From a virus, in IMG/VR virus record IMGVR_UViG_3300035182_000826, positions 64,001 through 128,000 of that record: a DNA stretch of 64,000 nucleotides, one strand, 5' to 3'. The notes under the pieces were generated by a model that ran no database searches, had not been told where the DNA came from, and was given only the letters and a program-made list of their open reading frames with translations. Each line of letters begins with the position of its first letter. Within the stretch, counting starts at the first letter, position 1. Below, piece after piece: positions 9,342-17,547 of the stretch. The position numbers and the translations under genes were made by a program.

Positions 9342-11605
9342 TTTTTATCCTTGCGTGGATCTGGGTACTTGAGCAACATACGGTGAATGTTTGGGTTTCT
9401 CTTCCGTTTGATGATCTTGGAATTACCAAGGCGCTGTGGAAAAGTTGCGATGTTCGCGCTGGTGGTCATTGACGATGTGTTCATAGGCGCAGCATTTGAG
9501 GTGCTTGGGTCAACACCTGCGAAAGGCGCATCATCTTCCTCAGCGAGCTTTACCACATCACGCAAAAGACCTTCTTTGAGTGCCATTTGATTTTCTCCTG
9601 CGGTTGAGGCATTTAGCAACACGTTCTGCTGAATCACCTTAAACCGTCTGAATAGCTGACTGTTCCCGGCGTACTGCAGACCTAGCATGAACACCAAGTT
9701 CATTGCAGTGACTTTGTCTTCGAATGAAAGCTCAGCCCAATGTGGAACAAGACTGATCAACATATTTAGCTTTTGGTTTCCAATCCCAGACAGTCTCCAG
9801 AATCGATCTAGCATGAACTGATGATTCTTCCAATTAATGGAAACTTGCTTATCCCATGATAGCTCCAAGTGCATACGTCTCCAGAGAATGTCATTCACCT
9901 GAGAAGTCGCTCTCTTGATGATTCTCTTGGCATCCATCGACAATCCAATCTTTGGATCATTGAAATGCCAGATTGCGTAACCCCAGTGGTTCAACTCACT
10001 CATACCAACATCCCACTTCTTAAGATTTGAGAGATTATGGTTCCGCAGCTTTCTCATGCCAATGATGTCATGCTCTTGAATAATGATCATCGAAATGAAT
10101 ACGATTGTGAGGTACGTGCTGATCATCTGAACGCCGTCTTTGCCAGCGAAATCAGCGATTGCGATGTCATTTCTGAGAGTGTTCTTCTTGTGCGTTTTCT
10201 TCTTTGCTTCAGTAAGGCTTTCAAGTGCAAGCGCGTATCCACCAAAGATGACTGCAGCCAATTGAGCTGTGGTGGCCGTTTTTGAAATCTGGTCCCTTAA
10301 CCGTTGAACGCTCTTCTTTGCCTCAGCAAAGATTGTGAGTGTTCTTGCTATCACGTCCTTGCTCAGTGAGACCTCTGTGCCGTCAGAAAGCTTCTTCTTC
10401 AGTGTGCTGGATTTGCTCTTGAACTCAGCCAAGAGGTTTTCAATGTCAAGTCTAGCACGCTCTACGATTGCTAACGCATGCTTCTTTGTGGCTATGATGT
10501 CATTAGCAGTTCTTGACGCATCGGCGAACTGCTGAATAGTTCTGGCTGGAGTGTCACCTTTGAATTGTTCAAGGGCCTTCTTGGCATTGGCTGGCTTCGC
10601 CAGCTCACGGTTTCCAAACAGCTCAGCAAGCTTGATTCGCATTTCACCAATGATGCCACCGCGATCAATAAGATCAGCGTTCTCATCCGTGGTGGTCAGC
10701 CCTCCCTGAACCATGTTCCGATAGTACTGATTGAACTTGTTCATCTCAAGGAAGACACCCTTGTCCACAACCTTGATCTGCTCTCCATTTTCATCGCGTA
10801 GAACATACCCCTCAATAGGGCCTTTGCTGATCGAGTTTGGTTTTTTGGCGTTCAGTGCCTTTAGGAGTTCATCCTTGATTGGCAGTTTGTACTCTTCAAG
10901 AATCTGTCCAATCAATGCTTCTCTGAATTCCTTGAAGGCGTTCCGGCTCTCCTTAGGAATTTTGTTCAGTGATATGGTGAGCGTTTCACCATTTGTCATG
11001 CCCTGCTCATTTTGTGAATTCAGGAACTTTTGGAATTTGGACAGCAAGGTGTCATTGACCTTGATCTTACTTGCGTCAAGTTCAGCTGGTTCAATGAACT
11101 TGACGTCAAGATCCTTATCAACCACCTGAACTTCCTCTCCATCTGAGCTCTCAATTGCTTGAATTGACACGCTTACCTGGCGACCAGTCAACTTTGTCTT
11201 GAGCCTGTCAAAGTTCTCAGCGCTACCTTCAACTGGGCGCAGGAGGGCGACGTAGGACACCGGTTCCACTGAGTATGAAACACTATTAGGCTGTTCACCG
11301 TACAACACCTCGGCCTCACCGGTGTCGCCAGGGGATAGTGTCTCCAACACAATGTCCTTCACTTTTTCAAGAGCGGCATGGGCGGCCCTGAATTGATTGA
11401 AGTCACTAACTGGTGCCCAATCATCTGGACTGTACATCTTCTTGGCGCCATTTCTCTTGCCTTCACGTGACGTGAAGAATTGCCCTTCTTGATCAACGCC
11501 AAACCAGAGTTGAGCGCCATCAAGCTTCTCCTGAATCTGCATCGAGGAGATTTTCTTCACAAGGCTGATGAACTGTTCTGGCTTTAGGTCTTCAATGTGA
11601 ATCAT
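9338..11605 (-). CDS. ligase-fold nucleotidyltransferase-domain protein (DUF6267-like) with long C-terminal region
   Basis: IHIEDL, EKLDG (motif I KxDG), EVLY, IEGYVL, KVVDK; reverse TAAATA at 11626. Confidence 0.6.
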   Translation of the reverse strand: MIHIEDLKPEQFISLVKKISSMQIQEKLDGAQLWFGVDQEGQFFTSREGKRNGAKKMYSPDDWAPVSDFNQFRAAHAALEKVKDIVLETLSPGDTGEAEVLYGEQPNSVSYSVEPVSYVALLRPVEGSAENFDRLKTKLTGRQVSVSIQAIESSDGEEVQVVDKDLDVKFIEPAELDASKIKVNDTLLSKFQKFLNSQNEQGMTNGETLTISLNKIPKESRNAFKEFREALIGQILEEYKLPIKDELLKALNAKKPNSISKGPIEGYVLRDENGEQIKVVDKGVFLEMNKFNQYYRNMVQGGLTTTDENADLIDRGGIIGEMRIKLAELFGNRELAKPANAKKALEQFKGDTPARTIQQFADASRTANDIIATKKHALAIVERARLDIENLLAEFKSKSSTLKKKLSDGTEVSLSKDVIARTLTIFAEAKKSVQRLRDQISKTATTAQLAAVIFGGYALALESLTEAKKKTHKKNTLRNDIAIADFAGKDGVQMISTYLTIVFISMIIIQEHDIIGMRKLRNHNLSNLKKWDVGMSELNHWGYAIWHFNDPKIGLSMDAKRIIKRATSQVNDILWRRMHLELSWDKQVSINWKNHQFMLDRFWRLSGIGNQKLNMLISLVPHWAELSFEDKVTAMNLVFMLGLQYAGNSQLFRRFKVIQQNVLLNASTAGENQMALKEGLLRDVVKLAEEDDAPFAGVDPSTSNAAPMNTSSMTTSANIATFPQRLGNSKIIKRKRNPNIHRMLLKYPDPRKDKK

Positions 11606-11686
11606 GAGAGCGGTTTCCTTTAGCCTATTTACAGCAGCAGATAAACGGATTTGTAAATAGTGAACGCCAGATCTTAGGCAAGAAAA

Positions 11687-11996
11687 ATGAACCTGTACTT
11701 CTTACACAGCAATCTAGCATCATTGCTTCATCATGAGGCCGCCCATGAGTCAATTCCTGAGCTCTTTTGGTATGACTACATTTTTGATATTCATGATTTG
11801 GACTGGTTAAAGAAGCGTGAAGGCGCCCTGCTAAGGATCCAAAGTTTGCATACCTATACGCAAGTATTGCGCTCAAAGCACCATTCCCAAAAGGCGAAGC
11901 TGCGATTGCAAAGACCACAACTTATTCAAAAGAGTATGCAAAAAAAGGTTCTTCATGCCGTACCATGATGGTAAACTGATTACGAAGGCGAAGTGA
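11687..11996 (+). pseudogene. frameshifted divergent copy of the 26-aa repeat gene
   Basis: MNLYFLHSNL..LLHHEAAHESIPELFW; shifted frame gives AKDPKFAYLYASIALKAPFPKGEAAIAK; ends DGKLITKAK. Confidence 0.75.
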
Positions 11997-12532
11997 TGTA
12001 TCTGTACAAATACCATTCACAACCTGAGACCTTGCTGCATTATGATGCAGCTCATGATTCCGTTCCTGAATTCATCTGGGAGAAGTACAAGAAGAACCCA
12101 GAAAAGATGAAGATGAAGAAGAGGGAGGACGCAATTGCGAAACACCCAGGGTATGCATTTGTGTACGCGAGAGATGTCCTAAAGGCGCCATTTCCTAAAG
12201 GCGAGGACACAATTGCGAAAGACACAAGGTATGCATTTGCGTACGCGAGAGATGTCCTAAAGGCGCCATTTCCTAAAGGCGAGGGCGCCATTGCGAAAGA
12301 CACAAGGTATGCGTATTTGTATGCGAAAGAGGTCCTAATGGCGCCATTTCCTAAAGGCGAGGGCGCCATTGCGAAAGACCCAGAGTATGCGTATTTGTAC
12401 GCGAGAGATGTCCTAAAGGCGCCATTTCCTAAAGGCGAGGGCGCCATTGCGAAAGACTCATATTATGCGTATTTGTATGCGAAAGATGTCCTAAAGGCAC
12501 CATTTCCTAAAGGCGAGGCTGCTGACTTCTAA
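11996..12532 (+). CDS. 26-aa tandem-repeat protein, copy B (5 repeats)
   Basis: CCTAAAGGCGAG recurs every 78 nt (12194, 12272, ...). Confidence 0.88.
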   Translation: MYLYKYHSQPETLLHYDAAHDSVPEFIWEKYKKNPEKMKMKKREDAIAKHPGYAFVYARDVLKAPFPKGEDTIAKDTRYAFAYARDVLKAPFPKGEGAIAKDTRYAYLYAKEVLMAPFPKGEGAIAKDPEYAYLYARDVLKAPFPKGEGAIAKDSYYAYLYAKDVLKAPFPKGEAADF

Positions 12533-12556
12533 TCTGAACCTAGTTGGAAAACTAAA

Positions 12557-13261
12557 ATGAATCTGTACAAGTACTATTCACAACCTAACACCTTGCTGCA
12601 TTATGATGCAGCTCATGACTCCGTTCCTGAATTGATCTGGAAGAAGTACGAGAACAACCCAGAAAAGATGAAGAAGAGGGAGGACGCAATTGCGAAACAC
12701 CCAGGGTATGCATTTGCGTACGCGAGAGATGTCCTAATGGCGCCATTTCCTAAAGGCGAGGACACAATTGCGAAAGACACAAGGTATGCGTATTTGTATG
12801 CGAAAGAGGTCCTAAAGGCGCCATTTCCTAAAGGCGAAGCCGCAATTGCGAAAGACCCAGAGTATGCGCGTTTGTACGCGAGAGAAGTCCTAAAGGCGCC
12901 ATTTCCTAAAGGCGAGGACGCAATTGCGAAAGATCCAGGGCCTGCATTTGGGTACGCGAGAGATGTCCTAAAGGCACCATTTCCTAAAGGCGAGGCTGCA
13001 ATTGCGAAAGATCCAGAGTATGCGTATTGGTACGCGGTAGATGTCCTAATGGCGCCATTTCCTAAAGGCGAAGCCGCAATTGCGAAAGACCCCATGAAAT
13101 CATATTTGTACGCCAGATTCGTGATTAGGGGCCGTTGGCCTAAAGGTGAAGCCGCGATTGCAAAGAGCCAAACGCAATCACAACTCTACGCAACCTACGT
13201 GCTCCACGGTGACTTTATCCTGAATGGGAAAACAATTTACAAAATGAACAAGGAATCATGA
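12557..13261 (+). CDS. 26-aa tandem-repeat protein, copy C (about 7 repeats, last two divergent)
   Basis: Same repeat with a distinct C-terminal cap. Confidence 0.88.
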   Translation: MNLYKYYSQPNTLLHYDAAHDSVPELIWKKYENNPEKMKKREDAIAKHPGYAFAYARDVLMAPFPKGEDTIAKDTRYAYLYAKEVLKAPFPKGEAAIAKDPEYARLYAREVLKAPFPKGEDAIAKDPGPAFGYARDVLKAPFPKGEAAIAKDPEYAYWYAVDVLMAPFPKGEAAIAKDPMKSYLYARFVIRGRWPKGEAAIAKSQTQSQLYATYVLHGDFILNGKTIYKMNKES

Positions 13262-13614
13262 TGTTCAAAACACTACGCATGCTAACTGAAGCCTTTTCAG
13301 CATTGGAGGCAATTCCAAATAGTTACCTTGATGAATTCAAGGTCAAGGAGCCATCATACGGCCCCGCGCTGATGGCAAAACATGAAGGGTCAGCTTCGCA
13401 TAAGGACACAATCATTGTTGTTGGCATCATTGAAGACCCTGAAGATGAGGATCTACCATTAGCAGTGATGATGAAATCTGATTGGGATGGCATCATCCAT
13501 GAGAAGTTCTTCAATGACACTAAGGATGGTTACAAAGCTGCGTTGGATTATGCGAACATTCTGCGCACGGCCAATCTGACACGTGGTGGCAAGCCAAAAG
13601 GTTGGAAAGACTAA
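13258..13614 (+). CDS. hypothetical protein, putative head-packaged
   Basis: ATGA overlap with the upstream gene; N-terminal MFKTLRMLTEA. Confidence 0.7.
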   Translation: MMFKTLRMLTEAFSALEAIPNSYLDEFKVKEPSYGPALMAKHEGSASHKDTIIVVGIIEDPEDEDLPLAVMMKSDWDGIIHEKFFNDTKDGYKAALDYANILRTANLTRGGKPKGWKD

Positions 13615-13617
13615 AAA

Positions 13618-13755
13618 AAGAATCTGTACAAGAAGAGGGAGAACGCAATTGCGAGGACGCAAAGTATGCGTATTAGTACGCGAGAGATGTCCTAGGGGCG
13701 AAGCCGCCATTGCATGATGGTAAACTGATTGCAAAAGGCTGCTGACTTCTAATCC
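13618..13755 (+). pseudogene. collapsed remnant of the repeat gene
   Basis: Short exact pieces of the start, one repeat and both alternative gene ends joined in order. Confidence 0.8.
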
Positions 13756-13799
13756 CTGTAATATTGGGTTCTGGTGTATAAGATTTCTTAAAATATCAA

Positions 13800-14471
13800 A
13801 TGCACTTCGACTACCAATCATTCGACACTGAAACTCATTACGGGCTTCGGTTCTACAAGACTCCTGTTGGGCTGTTGCCGTCAATCACGACGGTGTTAGG
13901 GCTGTCTGCTTCAGAAGAGAAGAAGCAGTCCCTACAACAGTGGCGGGATTCGATTGGTCATGCTGAAGCTGATGCCATTTCCAAGCATGCCACTGATCAT
14001 GGCACTGCAGTTCACTTGCTTGCTGAGAGATTCCTAAAGGGTGAGGCAGTTGATCAGGGTGATGTGGGCCAAGAAGATTTAGCTGCCTTCAATTCCATTA
14101 GGCTGCTGCTAAAGAACATCAATCCCTGGTGCCAAGAGCAGTCGATCTACTCTCCATCTCTCGAAATTGCTGGGCGATTCGATTGCATTGGGGAGTTCAA
14201 TGAAAAGCCAAGCATCATTGACTTCAAAACCTCTAGAAAACTGAAGGATTGGGGGCATGTTCATGACTACAAACTTCAGCTAGCGTTCTACGCATTTGCC
14301 CACAACGAGCTCTTCAAAACCAATATCAGGCAGGGCGTGATCATCATGGCCTCTGGTGATGGTTTTCCTCAAAAGTTCATAATTCCAGATGTGTACGTCT
14401 TTCTGGATGAGCTCTGTGACAGAACTGAACGTTTTTGGCAGGTTCTTGCTAAACAAGTTCAAACGTCTTAA
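13800..14471 (+). CDS. PD-(D/E)XK exonuclease (T4-like phage Cas4/RecB-type)
   Basis: PSITTVL, GTAVH, AGRFD, IIDFKTS, LQLAFYA. Confidence 0.85.
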   Translation: MHFDYQSFDTETHYGLRFYKTPVGLLPSITTVLGLSASEEKKQSLQQWRDSIGHAEADAISKHATDHGTAVHLLAERFLKGEAVDQGDVGQEDLAAFNSIRLLLKNINPWCQEQSIYSPSLEIAGRFDCIGEFNEKPSIIDFKTSRKLKDWGHVHDYKLQLAFYAFAHNELFKTNIRQGVIIMASGDGFPQKFIIPDVYVFLDELCDRTERFWQVLAKQVQTS

Positions 14472-14496
14472 ATAGAACGAAATAAGGAGACACCGT

Positions 14497-15048
14497 ATGA
14501 ACTTCACACTTCCAATCATTGGGCCTACTGAAAATGTTCCAGTGCCAGACGCCCCAATGGAAACACATGAACTGACAATGGATGTAAAGGCCGAAGCATT
14601 GCCTGAAAATGTATATCTTGATAACGCGCAAACCACACAATCATGTGATCAAGATTATCTAGGCATTGATCTGACGATCTGTGTTGATGGTGTGAAGCTG
14701 ATCAAGCGCGTCTTGATTTGCAAGCGTGGTCTGGCCGAGCAAGCAAAGCTTGCAAAGGCATCTGCTACTGTCGTTGAATCAGATGATCCAGATGTAACAG
14801 CTGCTGAAGACGCAGTGTTCGCTGAAAGAGAAACCCTCAGAAAGATTGCAGGGTTGAAAGAATCTGCCGGCAAAAAGTGCTTTGATGTGTTGTTCAGCTA
14901 TGCGGACAAAGACGGGTCTCGTGCGTCAAGGACAGTAAAGATCAGCCATGTGACAGACGCAGCTCATGCTAGACAGATCTTTAACAACAACGTTGCCAAG
15001 AAATTCAACGACACAAAGATCACAAGAACAACAGAAGTCAAGGAGTAA
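14497..15048 (+). CDS. hypothetical protein
   Basis: TAAATA at 14469; AGGAG RBS. Confidence 0.75.
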   Translation: MNFTLPIIGPTENVPVPDAPMETHELTMDVKAEALPENVYLDNAQTTQSCDQDYLGIDLTICVDGVKLIKRVLICKRGLAEQAKLAKASATVVESDDPDVTAAEDAVFAERETLRKIAGLKESAGKKCFDVLFSYADKDGSRASRTVKISHVTDAAHARQIFNNNVAKKFNDTKITRTTEVKE

Positions 15049-15053
15049 GCGCT

Positions 15054-15608
15054 ATGCACCCAGTTGTGATCATGGCTCATAAAAAATCAGACGCCATCAA
15101 CAAGGCAGTACAAGCACTTGAGGATGCAGGTCTTGAAGTGGTTGTCCTAAATTCTGAGAAGTCAAAGCTGATTGACTTCCTCGGCGCCTTGGCTGGTCTA
15201 GACCCAGCTGAGCTTGAGGATAAGGGTGGTGAAGAGAATCTTGACACTCCCCCAGCAGACAATGCTGATGATACTCCCCCAGCAGATGACGTCACTACGA
15301 CCGAGGACACTCCTTCAGATGATCTTGATGATGAAGGCAAGCCAAAGAAGAAAAAGAAGGGGCCAGATGTTCAAGATGAACCTTCTGATTTGGAAGAAAC
15401 TCTGAAGATTGAAGACCAGCTGTACAAGATTAAGCTTGTTCAAGAGTTGACAGAACCACGCGTCACACTGCTTCCATCAAACATTGGGTGTGAGTCTGAT
15501 CGCGCCGTAATCTCAATCAATGAGAAGCTTACATTGGTTTCACTTTGTGGTGGAAGCGAGCCCATTATTGAGCTCACCTCTGAGATGCTTAAAACACTAA
15601 GGGGCTAA
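15054..15608 (+). CDS. acidic hypothetical protein
   Basis: RBS AGGAG; duplicated DTPPAD. Confidence 0.7.
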   Translation: MHPVVIMAHKKSDAINKAVQALEDAGLEVVVLNSEKSKLIDFLGALAGLDPAELEDKGGEENLDTPPADNADDTPPADDVTTTEDTPSDDLDDEGKPKKKKKGPDVQDEPSDLEETLKIEDQLYKIKLVQELTEPRVTLLPSNIGCESDRAVISINEKLTLVSLCGGSEPIIELTSEMLKTLRG

Positions 15609-15609
15609 T

Positions 15610-15798
15610 ATGCTAGTGCCTTATACTAAACTGTCAGAATTGTCGCAAGGCGAACTTCAAATGTTGAAGGAGTCAGTGCCGACTATGAATTTGTCAGACA
15701 CAACTGTCCAGTTCGCTGGAAAGATCTTGTTGACAAAGGAAATTCGGATGCAGCTACAGTCTTGGCAAAACCCTTCAAGGAAGATTCTTCTTGGTTAA
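15610..15798 (+). CDS. small hypothetical protein
   Basis: Fills the operon gap. Confidence 0.5.
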   Translation: MLVPYTKLSELSQGELQMLKESVPTMNLSDTTVQFAGKILLTKEIRMQLQSWQNPSRKILLG

Positions 15799-16432
15799 TT
15801 CACCTTTCATCGTCATTGAAGAGTTCATTTCTCCACTAAGGGCTGGGCTCATTAGAGACAAGTATTCATTGGCAAGACCTTCGTATCGGAAAAATCCAGA
15901 TGGATTAACCGTGCCAATCCCCCATGAGTGCTTCCTAAAAGAACAGGACATCGCGACACGGTTCAGTTCAATCATTCCAATGATCGAGGAAAAGTACAAC
16001 GCTCAAGTTGTTGCGGTGAACGCACCGCACTTCCAACAGTTCTGGCCATCTCAGGTTGTACCAGCTCAGCTTTATGGGTGTGAGTCTGCTAAGTACACGA
16101 GGAAAAAGTGGGTCAAAACAAAGGACGTTGACATTGTCGGGTATCTCTGGCTAAAGTCATACCAGCCCTCAGTTCCATTCGATCTTACGAATGAAGTGTA
16201 TGGTGGAAAGCTTGAATTTCCATCCTTTGATCACAGCCTTACACCAGAAGCAGGAACGCTTGTGCTATTTCCCGCGATTCCAAGCTTTGCAATGGCGATC
16301 AGCCATGTGCTCGTTGGAACACTTGAACAGATCAAATTCACTGTGTCATTGCGGGTAGATGGTGCTCGGTGGGTCTATAAACCTGAGCAATATCCAGGAA
16401 CTTTCATACAGTGGATGATTCCAGCAGAATGA
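15791..16432 (+). CDS. 2OG-Fe(II) oxygenase-fold protein lacking canonical iron ligands
   Basis: PFIVIEEFIS, YGGKLEFP, PEAGTLVLFP; no HxD...H. Confidence 0.6.
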   Translation: MVNSPFIVIEEFISPLRAGLIRDKYSLARPSYRKNPDGLTVPIPHECFLKEQDIATRFSSIIPMIEEKYNAQVVAVNAPHFQQFWPSQVVPAQLYGCESAKYTRKKWVKTKDVDIVGYLWLKSYQPSVPFDLTNEVYGGKLEFPSFDHSLTPEAGTLVLFPAIPSFAMAISHVLVGTLEQIKFTVSLRVDGARWVYKPEQYPGTFIQWMIPAE

Positions 16433-16434
16433 AA

Positions 16435-16457
16435 AATGGGGAGCATTGCTCCCCATT
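16435..16457. terminator. terminator between convergent genes
   Basis: AATGGGGAGCA-T-TGCTCCCCATT. Confidence 0.75.
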
Positions 16458-16701
16458 ATCTTTTCGCTCGTGATTTAGATGTTGACTTCCTCAAGGCTGC
16501 CTTTTCAGCCTCTGCCTTCTCATTAATCAGTTCAACCACAATGTCACGCTCAACTGCGGATATGCGCATTGCGGTTTCATAAGACACAGCGCTTTCACTG
16601 CGCATCGCAATCTGGAATGCTACCTTTACCAGATTGCGGCTTTCGATATTCAGCTGATCGATCATCTTTATGATCTTGTCACGATCACCCGACAAGATCA
16701 C
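16456..16701 (-). CDS. putative baseplate hub assembly protein (gp51-like position)
   Basis: Coupled downstream of the gp26-like gene; SYETAMRIS..ER motif. Confidence 0.5.
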   Translation of the reverse strand: MILSGDRDKIIKMIDQLNIESRNLVKVAFQIAMRSESAVSYETAMRISAVERDIVVELINEKAEAEKAALRKSTSKSRAKR

Positions 16702-17483
16702 TCTGTGAAAAAACTCACTGGGTTCAGTGGTAGCTCAACCATCATATCCTCACCGCAGTCCTTGCACTTCAATGTCACGTTTGGTGAAGGGCCCCAATCA
16801 TTGAGTACCTTAGATGACTCAATGATCCGGTTTATTTGTGGTGATGTCAAGCGGCGAACCCACTCCTCAATAAATTTCTGATCTGAAACACCATCAACAT
16901 TGTCAATCATTGACAGGATGTTTACGACGGCAATCTGCTTCAGATCATCTTCATTGAGTGAGTCTTTCTTCATACCGCTCAGGGTGAAGATCTTCACCAA
17001 GTCCACATACTTCAGTGGGCGGGTCACAACTGCCTGATCGCCAATCTGGACCTTGTTCATGACCGTGATCATGGTTGGATCAAGCCGCTTCATGTTCATG
17101 ACTTGGTTTTCAACGTTCACCACGTAAGAGTGGCTCTTAGCCTCTTTGCAGGTGTGCTTCACATCCACCTGAAAGTTAGGTCCATATGTTGAGATGCGTA
17201 AGAAGAACAGAATCGCATCAACGTCTCTAGCGAACAGTTCAAGAGGCTTCTTGATTGATGGGACACATTCTGCAAGTACCTTCTCAAGTGCCTGCCCGTT
17301 AAACAATAAATCAGGGTTCTTTAGGTTGATTTCATCCATCGCTGACATTGGATGAACTTGAATTTCGCCATTCTGAACTGACTCGTCAAACACTCCATCT
17401 TGATAAAGCGCGCCTGCCGAAGGTAGTTGAAAAACACGGCCTGGTAGCTTAAGCTTTGCAAGAAGTGGGTTCATTTCAGACAT
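16698..17483 (-). CDS. baseplate hub subunit (T4 gp26-like)
   Basis: LPSAG.LY, PMSAMDE, DVDAILFFLRISTYG, C-terminal CxxC and FF. Confidence 0.8.
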   Translation of the reverse strand: MSEMNPLLAKLKLPGRVFQLPSAGALYQDGVFDESVQNGEIQVHPMSAMDEINLKNPDLLFNGQALEKVLAECVPSIKKPLELFARDVDAILFFLRISTYGPNFQVDVKHTCKEAKSHSYVVNVENQVMNMKRLDPTMITVMNKVQIGDQAVVTRPLKYVDLVKIFTLSGMKKDSLNEDDLKQIAVVNILSMIDNVDGVSDQKFIEEWVRRLTSPQINRIIESSKVLNDWGPSPNVTLKCKDCGEDMMVELPLNPVSFFTE

Positions 17484-17547
17484 AAAGAATCTCCGATAAA
17501 TATGGGTATTGTGATCTATTTATCATTCCGAAAGTGCACCTCGAACC

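Noticed and set aside
12052-13095. Antisense ORFs over the repeat genes and other long shadow ORFs (e.g. 2168..2713, 19167..19820, 56760..57422)
   Set aside because: They mirror well-supported genes and have no independent signals.
11996-13261. Diversity-generating retroelement TR/VR pair
   Set aside because: No reverse transcriptase in the window; differences are not adenine-specific and recur as mosaic alleles.
13800-14471. Cas4 acting in spacer acquisition for the repeat loci
   Set aside because: No Fe-S cysteine cluster or cas1/cas2; it matches the common T4-like phage exonuclease, and no link to the loci is visible.
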